From a virus, in IMG/VR virus record IMGVR_UViG_3300044724_004793, positions 1 through 64,000 of that record: DNA of 64,000 bases; one strand, written 5' to 3'. The notes under the pieces were generated by a model, which saw only the letters and a list, made by a program, of their open reading frames with translations, did not search any database and was not told the origin of the DNA. The position numbers and the translations under genes were made by a program. Below, one piece after another: positions 27,789-37,404 of this stretch. The first letter of the stretch is position 1. Every line of letters begins with the position of its first letter.

Positions 27789-29441
27789 ATGCCTCTGACA
27801 AGACCTAGAGCGGGACAAATAAATTTTGATCTTACCAATATCACTGATCCACTCATTCGCATCAACAGTGGCCAAACTGGTAGTGCAGATAAAGATGTTG
27901 GCATCGTAATTGAGCGCGGTGATGACACCAACGTTGCTATTATATATGATGAAAGTGCAGATCAGTTTGTACTAGTAAACACTACAGAAGATGGTACTAC
28001 AAGTGGTAATGTAACTATTTCAAGTTATGCTGATCTACAAGTTGCTACAATTAATACAGCCACATTAGAAATAGGTGGTACAGCAGTTACTAGCACAGCC
28101 GCAGAACTAAACATTTTAGATGGCGTTACTGCTACAACGGCAGAACTAAACATTCTTGACGGTGTTACAGCAACAGCCGCAGAACTCAATTATGTAGATG
28201 GCGTTACTAGTAATATCCAAACACAGATTGATAACATTAGTAGCAGTTTTACACTAGCAGCAGACAGTGGTAGCAATGATACATTTACTACCGGACAAAC
28301 TCTTACTATTGCTGGCGGTACAGGCATTGATACTACTGTCAGTGACAACAATATAAGCATTGCTATTGATAGCACAGTTGCTACACTTACAGGATCACAG
28401 ACATTAACAAATAAAACACTTACTACACCAGTAATCAGTAGTATTAGTAACACAGGCACACTAACCCTACCAACTAGTACAGATACACTTGTAGGTAGAG
28501 CAACTACTGATACTTTAACAAACAAAACATTAACGTCTCCTACTATAACAGGAACTGGCGCAATCGCTGGCACATTTACTGGTAACATTACTGGTGATGT
28601 AACTGGTAATGCTGATACTGCCACTGCACTTGCTACTGCAAGAAACATCGCTGGTCAAAGTTTTGATGGCACAGGTAATATTAGTATTGCTTCAACAGAT
28701 TTAAGTGATACTGCTAGTATTGTATTAACAACAGCAAGTCAGACGCTTACAAATAAAACACTTACTGCACCAGTTATTAGCAGTATTAGTAATACTGGCA
28801 CACTCACACTACCTACAAGTACAGGCACAGTTGCTCTAACAAGTGATATTTCACTTTCTACATTAAGTGTAACTGCAAGTGCTTTAGAAATAAACATACT
28901 TGACGGAGTTACTGCAACTACAAGTGAACTAAACATAATAGACGGTGACACCAGTGCAACCAGTACAACACTTGCTGATGCTGATAGAGTTGTTGTAAAT
29001 GACGCAGGCACTATGAAGCAGGTTGCACTTACAGATTTTGAAACATATTTTGAAACTGCACTTGATACACTCAGCAATGTCACCAGTGTTGGCACACTAA
29101 ACGGACTTACTATTGCAAGCACACAAACCATAAGCATGGGTGCTAATAGAGTTACAAGTGTTGCAGATCCAGTAGGAAACCAAGATGCTGCAACAAAAGC
29201 ATATGTGGATGCAAACGCAGGCGGCGAAGGTGGCGCAAGTGGATTTACTCAGAGTACAACTACTACTGCTCCTGGCAGTGACGGTGATTTTGATTTAAGT
29301 TTTAATGTTGCACAAGACACACAAGAAACACCCTTTGAAGCAGGCGGCAGTGATGCTTTTGGTGTTTCGTTAGGCGAAGTTTATGATCAGATGGAACCAG
29401 TAGGAAGTACCAGTGTAGTAGACTTGGGTGCATTTACATAA
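27789..29441 (+). CDS. Tail-fibre-like protein (550 aa)
   Basis: TATAAELNILDGV repeats, TLTNKTLT repeats, DAATKAYVD. Confidence 0.78.
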   Translation: MPLTRPRAGQINFDLTNITDPLIRINSGQTGSADKDVGIVIERGDDTNVAIIYDESADQFVLVNTTEDGTTSGNVTISSYADLQVATINTATLEIGGTAVTSTAAELNILDGVTATTAELNILDGVTATAAELNYVDGVTSNIQTQIDNISSSFTLAADSGSNDTFTTGQTLTIAGGTGIDTTVSDNNISIAIDSTVATLTGSQTLTNKTLTTPVISSISNTGTLTLPTSTDTLVGRATTDTLTNKTLTSPTITGTGAIAGTFTGNITGDVTGNADTATALATARNIAGQSFDGTGNISIASTDLSDTASIVLTTASQTLTNKTLTAPVISSISNTGTLTLPTSTGTVALTSDISLSTLSVTASALEINILDGVTATTSELNIIDGDTSATSTTLADADRVVVNDAGTMKQVALTDFETYFETALDTLSNVTSVGTLNGLTIASTQTISMGANRVTSVADPVGNQDAATKAYVDANAGGEGGASGFTQSTTTTAPGSDGDFDLSFNVAQDTQETPFEAGGSDAFGVSLGEVYDQMEPVGSTSVVDLGAFT

Positions 29442-29464
29442 TAAATATAGCAAAGGATTAAAAG

Positions 29465-31177
29465 ATGCCAACACAGTTACAATTTAGAAGAGGCACAACT
29501 ACCCAGAACAATGCATTTACAGGTGCGGTAGGTGAGATTAGTATAGATACAGATCTTAATACCATGAGAGTTCATGATGGTAGTACTGCAGGTGGCGAAG
29601 AAGTTGTTGTTGTTAGTGCGACACAAACTCTTACTAACAAGACATTAACTAGTCCAACTATTAACAGTGCAACTATTGCAATGGGCACAAATAAGATTAC
29701 TGGATTGGGTGATCCAACTAGTGCGCAGGATGCAGCAACTAAAGCATATATTGACAGTGAATTAAGTAGTCTTAGTAGTACTACACTAACTCAAGGGGAT
29801 ACAAACTTTGCTATTTCTGACAGTGGAACAGGTACTATTACTGCAACAGTAGATAACACAACACACAGTACTTTTGCAGCAGCAGGTATAACACTTTCTC
29901 AAGGCAACTTTGTTGGTAACTTAACAGGTAATGCTTCTGGATCAGCCGCTACATTAGCGACAGCAAGAGCAATTCAAGTCAGTGGCGCCGTAACAGGTAC
30001 TGCTAACTTTGATGGTAGTGCAGCAATTAACATTGTGACCACTAATACTGCTGATCCAACAATCACACTTGCCGGCGACCTATCAGGAAGTGCAACTCTT
30101 ACTAATTTAGGCAGTGCTACACTAACAGCAACTATTGCAGCTAACTCGGTTGCACTTGGTACTGATACTACAGGCAACTATGTTGGCACAATTACTGGAG
30201 GCACTGGTATAGCATCAAGCGGCGCAACATCAGGCGAAGGTATCGCTCACACGCTTTCAGTTGACCTAAGTGAACTTACAGATATGACTGCTGCAATGAC
30301 AGGAACTGATGAGTTTATAGTCCTTGATGCAGGTGCAGATAGACGTAAGGCAGCCAATGAGATCGGTTTAAGTATCTTTAGCAACGATAGTGGATTTACC
30401 ACAAATACAGGTGATATAACAAACGTTAGTGTAAGTGGAACAGGATTATCTGGCGGTGGTGCAAGTGGTAGTGTAACAATTACCAGTAATGCTACAAATG
30501 CAAACACTGGTTCAACCATTGTAGCACGTGACGGTTCAGGTAACTTTAGTGCTGGAACAATCACTGCTAACTTAACAGGTAACGCAAGTGGTAGTTCAGG
30601 AAGTTGTACTGGTAATGCTGCAACAGCAACTCTTGCAAGCACAGTTACAATTACAGCAAATAACACTGCTAACGAAACTGTGTACCTTACATTTGTTGAC
30701 GGTGCTACAGGTACACAAGGCCTTGAAACAGACACAGGACTAAGTTACAATCCAAGTACAAACGTACTAAGCACAACTGCTAGTTCTGCACGTTACGCTG
30801 ACTTGGCAGAACGTTATACCAGTGACAGCAACTATGAAGCAGGCACAGTTTTAGTATTCGGTGGCGATGAAGAAGTTACAGAATCTACACAGCGTTTAGA
30901 CAAGCGTATTGCTGGCATTGTAAGTACAGATCCCGCATATTTAATGAACAGTGCATTGGAAAACAGTGTTGCAGTTGGATTGCAAGGGCGTGTACCTTGT
31001 AAAGTAGTTGGCGAGATACGCAAAGGCGATTTAATGGTGAGCAGTGCAACTCCAGGACATGCAGAAGCATGGCGCGAAGAAAGCAATCCTCCAACAGGTA
31101 GTGTTATTGGTAAAGCACTGGAAAACAAAACAGGTGCAGGTGCAGACGTTATTGAAGTTGTTGTAGGTATACGTTAA
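29465..31177 (+). CDS. Tail-fibre-like protein with an Mtd-N-like N-terminus and a YADLAE C-terminal domain
   Basis: MPTQLQFRRGTT...FTGAVGEISIDTD..TMRVHDG at the N-terminus; YADLAERY...GRVPCKV...IGKALE at the C-terminus. Confidence 0.8.
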   Translation: MPTQLQFRRGTTTQNNAFTGAVGEISIDTDLNTMRVHDGSTAGGEEVVVVSATQTLTNKTLTSPTINSATIAMGTNKITGLGDPTSAQDAATKAYIDSELSSLSSTTLTQGDTNFAISDSGTGTITATVDNTTHSTFAAAGITLSQGNFVGNLTGNASGSAATLATARAIQVSGAVTGTANFDGSAAINIVTTNTADPTITLAGDLSGSATLTNLGSATLTATIAANSVALGTDTTGNYVGTITGGTGIASSGATSGEGIAHTLSVDLSELTDMTAAMTGTDEFIVLDAGADRRKAANEIGLSIFSNDSGFTTNTGDITNVSVSGTGLSGGGASGSVTITSNATNANTGSTIVARDGSGNFSAGTITANLTGNASGSSGSCTGNAATATLASTVTITANNTANETVYLTFVDGATGTQGLETDTGLSYNPSTNVLSTTASSARYADLAERYTSDSNYEAGTVLVFGGDEEVTESTQRLDKRIAGIVSTDPAYLMNSALENSVAVGLQGRVPCKVVGEIRKGDLMVSSATPGHAEAWREESNPPTGSVIGKALENKTGAGADVIEVVVGIR

Positions 31178-31180
31178 AAT

Positions 31181-31954
31181 ATGCACAAATTTTATACTTC
31201 TGACTACGAAGGTGAGATGGTTACAGATAGTTTAAGTTGGCGAGACGGCAATAAAGAAGAAAATAGTACTTGGATTCCTAAAACTATTTTTAACGAAGAT
31301 CCTTCCGAATCTGCATTTATAGTAGGCAATGGCCCTAGTAGAAATAAACATAATTTACAAGCATTACACGGAATAAGAGCTAGTAGAGATTTCACAAAAA
31401 GCCGGGCTCCAGAAACTGTTGGTCAAAGCTACGGATGTAATCTACTGTATAAAGATTTTACTCCTACATTTCTTATATGCTTTAATGCAGAAGTGTGTGC
31501 AAACATACAAAAATCTGGTTATGCTAACGAAAATATTGTTTACAGTAATCGTGAAAACATAGTTAAATATCCAGGAATATTGCATCTATATCCACATTAT
31601 GAAAAAATGTTTGCTGGCCCAGCGGCTGCACGATTAGCGGCAGCCGACGGCCATAAAAATATATTTTTAATTGGATTTGATTTATATAGTGAATCTATAG
31701 ATCATATATATCCACAAATGAAAAAAAGTTATAAACCTATTACAGATTTCAATGCAATAAACAATAAACTAATAAACCAGTTAACAACTGTATTTAATAT
31801 GTATGAGGATGTTAACTTTTATCATGTGCAAGGATCACAGGGGAATTTTAGAGAAAATGTTATTAGCGAGTTTAACTGGTGTCCCAACCTTACAACTATA
31901 GATATTAAAACGTTTGTAAGCCGATCACATTTAGGAGTTACGAGTAATTTGTAA
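31181..31954 (+). CDS. Second Maf/MptE-like (sialyltransferase-like) protein
   Basis: AFIVGNGPSR...SYGCNLLY...AGPAAA...IFLIGFD; same motif order as 15356..15940. Confidence 0.6.
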   Translation: MHKFYTSDYEGEMVTDSLSWRDGNKEENSTWIPKTIFNEDPSESAFIVGNGPSRNKHNLQALHGIRASRDFTKSRAPETVGQSYGCNLLYKDFTPTFLICFNAEVCANIQKSGYANENIVYSNRENIVKYPGILHLYPHYEKMFAGPAAARLAAADGHKNIFLIGFDLYSESIDHIYPQMKKSYKPITDFNAINNKLINQLTTVFNMYEDVNFYHVQGSQGNFRENVISEFNWCPNLTTIDIKTFVSRSHLGVTSNL

Positions 31955-32369
31955 CAAATAGATCACTTACAGTTTTAATCTTGCCCATAATCTCTTTAAT
32001 TTTAAATGTACTAAACACACCAGGATGTAATGGTTTGGGCCAGCCTTCAATAGATACCCAAGCATATCCTTTGTGTTCGTCGTTAAGCGTGGGAATGAAT
32101 TCATTCTCTACTACACTTATAAACGTGTGATATTCAAATTTTTTATTTTTACTTGTAAATTTTTCTATAGGAATGTGTTTACTTATTGGCGGCTCAAATC
32201 CAACTTCTTCTACAATCTCTCTTGATAGCCCTTGTATAGCACTCTCATTGTTTTCTACCTTGCCCCCTACAAACGCCCATGTGTCGCCATAACTGTCTTT
32301 ATTGCGTAATAAAAATAGATAGCGTTTTGTATTTGTAGCAAAAAATATAGTACCAATGTTTTGGTTCAT
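31938..32369 (-). CDS. Nudix hydrolase
   Basis: Nudix box GGKVENNESAIQGLSREIVEEVG; LNDEH..YAW motif. Confidence 0.9.
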   Translation of the reverse strand: MNQNIGTIFFATNTKRYLFLLRNKDSYGDTWAFVGGKVENNESAIQGLSREIVEEVGFEPPISKHIPIEKFTSKNKKFEYHTFISVVENEFIPTLNDEHKGYAWVSIEGWPKPLHPGVFSTFKIKEIMGKIKTVSDLFVTNYS

Positions 32370-33772
32370 ATAACTAGGGACCAGTCCCCTGCTCTGTATT
32401 CGCCTTCATAACTCTTTACCCAAGAAGACCCGTTCCATTTATACTGGATACCAGAAGTTATGTTTGTTGTATATTGAACACCCGATTCACTACTACTGTC
32501 AAACTTTACTTCCCACTTGGTGCCATCATACTCAATAATATCATTAGCACCAGCAACAAAGTCTACATTTGCAGTACTTTTCCATGCGTCTGCACCGTCT
32601 GTGTTGCTGCTATCACCAATTGCATTAAGAATTAAATAACGTTGTCCAGCACTTGATGCGCTTAACCCAGCCCCTGGAGCATTGTTTAAAGGATTAATAA
32701 TTTTTAGTACAGAAGTTATTGTGTTTGTTGGTTTTGTGTCTTCATTAATTGTAAACAACAACTTGTAATCATCACTTGGATGGTGCGCAACAGTTCCTAT
32801 AATCTCACCTGTGCCGATTTCCAGTCTAAGTTGGCTTATACCTGCTTGGAGAGCTCCATATTGATTTATTAATGCTTTCCAGGTAGTTTCTTCTGCGGAT
32901 GCTGGAATCTTTGTCGGAGGATCATTCAATGGATCGTAATCAACTTTGTTAGTAGTTGTTTCTTCCCTGTGTAATATTGTTACTTGATTTCCTATTAGTA
33001 ATATACCAAAGTTCATAGGGGTAAACTTCATACGTTCACCTAGTAGTATGTCGTTATCAATAACACCGTCGCTGATGCTGCCGCTTTCGTCATATATACT
33101 TGCAACAATTTTTTGTACAACTCCAAGTTTTTTAACTTTACTAGGTGCTGTTAACCATATGGGTACAGTAAATGTTAGTGTAGCGATATCAATCGCATCA
33201 TCAACACCCACAGGAACTGCTCTACTACTCCATTGTGTTTGTGTAAGTTCAATATAACTTAGGCTTGTCCAGTCTAAATAGTTATCTGTGCTTTGTATTT
33301 CTAGCGCAGGATTAAATAAAACCAATAATTGTTCTAATAGTTGTAGCTTTTGCGTAGTATTACTTGTCCAGATATCTACATTTAATGTAAGTTGATATGG
33401 CACAGGCATCATGCGTTCTACGGTATATGCATTGCCTTGTGTGGTTAAATATTCTCCAGTATTGTGGTCGTATTTTCTCATACGGATGTGCTGTTTATCA
33501 ATAAATGCTGGGTCCTGCCTACGCTCTGGCTGATACTCCATTGCCGCCACATAACAACTGAGCATAGGAGTAGGAACTACTTTGTTTTCACTATTTTCAC
33601 GTATAATACTAGACACCATACGAGTAGCATCTCCATATTTTACTGGTACTGTAAGTAGAGTAGTGTTACCAGCACGATCCTTGCCGTATTCAACTTGAAA
33701 GTTACTGAATACTCTTATAAATTGTAGTAAGAAACGCCTTACTTGCTCATCATAAAAAAATGTTTGCGCCAT
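32366..33772 (-). CDS. gp15: Tail sheath stabiliser/terminator (T4 gp15-like) with C-terminal extension
   Basis: FFYDEQVRRF, VPVKYG and PVPYQLTLNVDIWT...LQLLEQLLVLFNP motifs. Confidence 0.85.
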   Translation of the reverse strand: MAQTFFYDEQVRRFLLQFIRVFSNFQVEYGKDRAGNTTLLTVPVKYGDATRMVSSIIRENSENKVVPTPMLSCYVAAMEYQPERRQDPAFIDKQHIRMRKYDHNTGEYLTTQGNAYTVERMMPVPYQLTLNVDIWTSNTTQKLQLLEQLLVLFNPALEIQSTDNYLDWTSLSYIELTQTQWSSRAVPVGVDDAIDIATLTFTVPIWLTAPSKVKKLGVVQKIVASIYDESGSISDGVIDNDILLGERMKFTPMNFGILLIGNQVTILHREETTTNKVDYDPLNDPPTKIPASAEETTWKALINQYGALQAGISQLRLEIGTGEIIGTVAHHPSDDYKLLFTINEDTKPTNTITSVLKIINPLNNAPGAGLSASSAGQRYLILNAIGDSSNTDGADAWKSTANVDFVAGANDIIEYDGTKWEVKFDSSSESGVQYTTNITSGIQYKWNGSSWVKSYEGEYRAGDWSLVI

Positions 33773-34956
33773 TAACTATCTTCCTTGGCTTGTAGTACAC
33801 TGCTTAGTGCTTGTCTCTGGCTCATAATAGTATTGTCGTCTCTTGTAGTAGTAGCACTATTATTAATAAACCCATCACGTAACGTGTTTCCTGTGCCTGG
33901 TGTGAGTTTGCTACGCACATCATCTTCTACTTTGACCCAGCGTGTTCCGCCGTATCTAAACAGCCTGTTGGGCAAAAAGTCCAATCGTAGTATATAGTCG
34001 CCTTCGTTTGCACTTGCAGGAAATGCAGTGCCCATTTCTATTGGATAACCGTTGGGAGCAAGTCCATCACCAACCAGATACCCGCCATAGGCTTGTGTAT
34101 TTTCTGGACTTATTCTTGTACTACTTGCATCCTGCACGTCGCTATCTGCTGTAACTGAAGTACTATCAGCATTGTGCCCTTTTGGCTCTAAGGGTTTGCC
34201 TGTGCTATCTGCAGGAACAACATAATATTTGCTAGTATCGTACCCACTTTCCGGAACTTCTGCCTCTGCTTGTTCTACTACCTTGTTAGTAACTTCTAGC
34301 TCTTTCTGATAAGTGCTTAATAAATCACGTAAGGTACTGCCAGTGCTTTCACCATCAGAATTAACTTCAATCTTGTTGAGTATGTCATTGTACTCCTGAC
34401 TATCTACTAATGGGGTAGCCTTAACACGCCAAAGGTGTGGCCACCAGGTAGGGGAATACCCTTCAGTTGGGCGGGTGCCTTCCTGAATAACATAGTATCT
34501 TTTTAGTGCTACCTCAAGACTTGTGTCTAAACTATTATAATCTTTTAAGTGCGGCAATTCTAATACATCACCACTCATTAGTCTGCGTCCGAGTATACGA
34601 TCCATGTCTGCCATATGGAATGTTATGAACAGTGTATCATTTTGCAGGAACAATCCAAACTGACTCAAATCAAAGTCTGTGTCTGCTACATTGTATATGC
34701 CACGCATATTATATACGTCAGTGTCATATTTGCGGTCTCTGTTCTCTAAAAATAAGAAATCTTGTATGGCTAGTGGATCATCTTGTGTCGCCTGAGGCTG
34801 ACTAGCATCATCGCTTTTGCCCTGATCTAATATGCCTAGGTATTTGTGTACGTTGATACCCGTACCGCCCACAGTAAACATTTCTGATATACGGCGGTCA
34901 AAAAACTTAAAATCGTTGGTGTGAGCACCATCTTTCCACAATGAGAGTCTAGGCAT
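33772..34956 (-). CDS. gp14: Neck protein (T4 gp14-like)
   Basis: DLSQFGLFLQND.LFITF and GDVLELPH motifs; directly upstream of gp15. Confidence 0.75.
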   Translation of the reverse strand: MPRLSLWKDGAHTNDFKFFDRRISEMFTVGGTGINVHKYLGILDQGKSDDASQPQATQDDPLAIQDFLFLENRDRKYDTDVYNMRGIYNVADTDFDLSQFGLFLQNDTLFITFHMADMDRILGRRLMSGDVLELPHLKDYNSLDTSLEVALKRYYVIQEGTRPTEGYSPTWWPHLWRVKATPLVDSQEYNDILNKIEVNSDGESTGSTLRDLLSTYQKELEVTNKVVEQAEAEVPESGYDTSKYYVVPADSTGKPLEPKGHNADSTSVTADSDVQDASSTRISPENTQAYGGYLVGDGLAPNGYPIEMGTAFPASANEGDYILRLDFLPNRLFRYGGTRWVKVEDDVRSKLTPGTGNTLRDGFINNSATTTRDDNTIMSQRQALSSVLQAKEDS

Positions 34957-34996
34957 AAAAAATATCCTTATCGTATAGTATTTATGGCAAAAATGG

Positions 34997-35024
34997 TTGA
35001 CGCTCTTGTACTATGTGCTAATAT
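34997..35024 (+). promoter_or_regulatory. Early sigma70-type promoter 1
   Basis: GG-TTGACG-N16(...TGTGC)-TAATAT. Confidence 0.8.
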
Positions 35025-35052
35025 GTATATATAGGAAATGAGGAGCAAGCAT

Positions 35053-35280
35053 ATGTTTATAAGCGAATGGAAGAAGTCGGATTGGCGTTCAACGGAAACG
35101 TGGGAGTCAGTCAACTGTTCAACTGGCGATGTAACAATCACCAAGATTGGCAATGGATTCATGGGTCGCGACCCCAACGGAATGCTGGTTTCACAGTTTC
35201 CTAATACCTGGGAAAACACTGTTCGGATGATGGAATCTTGCTTTGATTGGCGTGTAGATTTAGGCGAAAAAATAGCCTAA
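35053..35280 (+). CDS. Small early hypothetical protein
   Basis: AGGAG SD before ATG 35053; has its own promoter. Confidence 0.7.
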   Translation: MFISEWKKSDWRSTETWESVNCSTGDVTITKIGNGFMGRDPNGMLVSQFPNTWENTVRMMESCFDWRVDLGEKIA

Positions 35281-35285
35281 AACGG

Positions 35286-35313
35286 TTGACGTTCCCTATA
35301 TCTGTGCTAATAT
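35286..35313 (+). promoter_or_regulatory. Early sigma70-type promoter 2
   Basis: GG-TTGACG-N16(...TATATCTGTGC)-TAATAT. Confidence 0.8.
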
Positions 35314-35343
35314 ATGTATAGTTAAACAACAAGGACCAAGCAA

Positions 35344-35685
35344 ATGAACAAGGTTTATGCAGTTATCGAAGACTTAGACAACAAGCGCAACGAGCAGGGT
35401 TTTGAAACTCGTTGGAGCATGTTCAACGAAGAGATTGTTGACCTCAACGACCGTGTTGTTAACGAAGAGCGTGATATGTATCGCGTAACTTATCGTGCTT
35501 TTGACGAGAACCTGCAGGAACACGAGTTCAGCTCGTTCACTGCTACCAACACTGTAGAGGGTTTTTGGAGAGCGGCTGAGTCCGTTTTCCAGCAGGCTAA
35601 ACGTGAAGTTGGTGACTGGCATGTGTTCGTTGAGTGCTTTGAGCTTGTTGAAGACGGTAGCTTCCGTCTTAGCACTGGTTCATAA
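35344..35685 (+). CDS. Small early hypothetical protein (acidic)
   Basis: AAGGA SD; has its own promoter; C-terminal DWHVFVECFE...F.L.TGS. Confidence 0.75.
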   Translation: MNKVYAVIEDLDNKRNEQGFETRWSMFNEEIVDLNDRVVNEERDMYRVTYRAFDENLQEHEFSSFTATNTVEGFWRAAESVFQQAKREVGDWHVFVECFELVEDGSFRLSTGS

Positions 35686-35688
35686 AGG

Positions 35689-35716
35689 TTGACAGAACTT
35701 ATATCTGTGCTATTAT
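35689..35716 (+). promoter_or_regulatory. Early sigma70-type promoter 3
   Basis: GG-TTGACA-N16(...TATATCTGTGC)-TATTAT. Confidence 0.8.
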
Positions 35717-35746
35717 AAAGCATAAGTTAGAATTGAGGAGTTACAG

Positions 35747-36025
35747 ATGAGCAAAGAAGTATCAGACATTGAAGTGCACAACGGTTTTGGTGTAGGTCAA
35801 TTGCAAACTGCTTTCGATAAGCTCACAGAAGGCATGGACGATTGGAAAATGCCTATCAATACCAATGTCCACATTGGCGAATGGAAACTAATGATTGCAG
35901 CTTGTGAATTTTTTACTGGCAGCAAATTATGGCAGGTTAAGGACCTAGGCCTAGGCATGATGCATGTTAAAGCAGACGGTTACTACAATACCATAGTCCA
36001 GTTACCTGATCAAACAGGAGCCTAA
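35747..36025 (+). CDS. Small early hypothetical protein
   Basis: GAGGAG SD; DWKMPI...FFTGS...ADGYY motif. Confidence 0.75.
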   Translation: MSKEVSDIEVHNGFGVGQLQTAFDKLTEGMDDWKMPINTNVHIGEWKLMIAACEFFTGSKLWQVKDLGLGMMHVKADGYYNTIVQLPDQTGA

Positions 36026-36026
36026 T

Positions 36027-36197
36027 ATGGCAGTAATCTTCGATTTTAAATCTCGCAAGAGAATTAACTTAAATACATTACAGCGTGAATGGGTAGAGTC
36101 AGTTGCACACGAAGCAATTGATAATCTGGACACTGCTGATATTATAGGTCTCATAGAAGGGATGGAAGAATACTATGGCGATAAAGACCCGACGTAA
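36027..36197 (+). CDS. Small hypothetical protein (56 aa, not in the ORF track)
   Basis: AGGAG SD; translates as MAVIFDFKSRKRINLNTLQREWVESVAHEAIDNLDTADIIGLIEGMEEYYGDKDPT; fills the gap between neighbours. Confidence 0.65.
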   Translation: MAVIFDFKSRKRINLNTLQREWVESVAHEAIDNLDTADIIGLIEGMEEYYGDKDPT

Positions 36198-37380
36198 AAA
36201 AGCACCCAGAGTCCGAGCGCACAAAACTGGTGCAGCGGCAGTTGATACTTCAAAAGGGTATTTGGTCTTTCAGAGGCTCTTCAACGCCAACGTAGACGGT
36301 AAAGATAGTGGAAACATTATTAAGTTATATGTACGCAAAAACTTTAGTAAGCCTATAGCGCAGGCTATCCTTAAGAACCCAGAATTTAGCTGGAACACAC
36401 AAGCAACCGGCGCCTGGTGTTACTGGACATCACAATGTAGTGATGTGCCGTTTGCGGAAGGGTACCTAGGGCCATGTGCCGGTGCTGAAACTGATGAAGC
36501 AAGCTACAAGCAGAGCTGTGAGTATTATAATACTAAGTTTAATAATCTAGCAGAGTCTGGTGAATTAATTGTTAAGGCAACTAAAGCTGAAGAAAAGAAA
36601 AAATCTAAAGTATACACTCCTGGTATACAAGAGCGTATGCGTGAGCAACTCAGTGACATTGTTGGAGAGTTTGAATCCTGGATAGACGAACAGCCCAGTA
36701 AAGATATTCCCAAGATGTTTGACTGGCTCAAAACAAATAATGTAGCACAGGCACACATTAGTAAGATCCGTGAGTACTACGCACCTATTCGCGCAGAGTA
36801 TGAGATGCTTGCTAATATGCCTACACCTGCTAAAATTAAAAAGATGAGTACAGCAGAGCAGGATAACTGGGAACAAATCAAAGAAGCATACTCGTTCCTA
36901 TCTAAAGATGATATTAAATGCTATATTAAGTGGTTGGACGTACTAAACTCTGATCTAGATGCTTATACGAATCTTAAACGGGCTACACGTAAAACTCGTG
37001 TGAAAAAGGCGCCCAGTGCTAATAAGCTGATATCCAAACTCAAGTACAAGAAAGATGACAGTCGTTATAAAGTTGTTAGCGTTAATCCTACTGCAATTAT
37101 AGGCGCCACAGAGCTATGGGTATTTAACACTAAGACCCGTAAGTTAGGCAAATATGTAGCAGAAGCTAATCAGGATCTTAGTGTAAAAGGCACTACCTTA
37201 CAGTTTTTCGATGAGAAGCTGAGTGTGTGTAAAACACTACGCCGCCCTGAGCAACAGCTCGCTGAGTTTGGCAAAGCAGGCAAGGTTGTTCTCCGTAAGT
37301 TCTTGGGAAACATTAACGCAACAGAGACAAAAATGAACGGAAGGTTAAACGAACACATTGTTCTACTGAAGGTTTCTTAA
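36175..37380 (+). CDS. Basic hypothetical protein (401 aa), possibly nucleic-acid binding
   Basis: Lys/Arg-rich; C-terminal IIGATELWVFNTKTRKLG...SVKGTTL...KTLRRP...NGRLN domain. Confidence 0.75.
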   Translation: MAIKTRRKKAPRVRAHKTGAAAVDTSKGYLVFQRLFNANVDGKDSGNIIKLYVRKNFSKPIAQAILKNPEFSWNTQATGAWCYWTSQCSDVPFAEGYLGPCAGAETDEASYKQSCEYYNTKFNNLAESGELIVKATKAEEKKKSKVYTPGIQERMREQLSDIVGEFESWIDEQPSKDIPKMFDWLKTNNVAQAHISKIREYYAPIRAEYEMLANMPTPAKIKKMSTAEQDNWEQIKEAYSFLSKDDIKCYIKWLDVLNSDLDAYTNLKRATRKTRVKKAPSANKLISKLKYKKDDSRYKVVSVNPTAIIGATELWVFNTKTRKLGKYVAEANQDLSVKGTTLQFFDEKLSVCKTLRRPEQQLAEFGKAGKVVLRKFLGNINATETKMNGRLNEHIVLLKVS

Positions 37381-37404
37381 TAAATACTATATAAGGAACT
37401 TATT

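Noticed and set aside
29465-31177. Diversity-generating retroelement suggested by the Mtd-like N-terminus
   Set aside because: No reverse transcriptase in the window and no TR/VR pair differing only at adenines; the repeats differ at synonymous positions.
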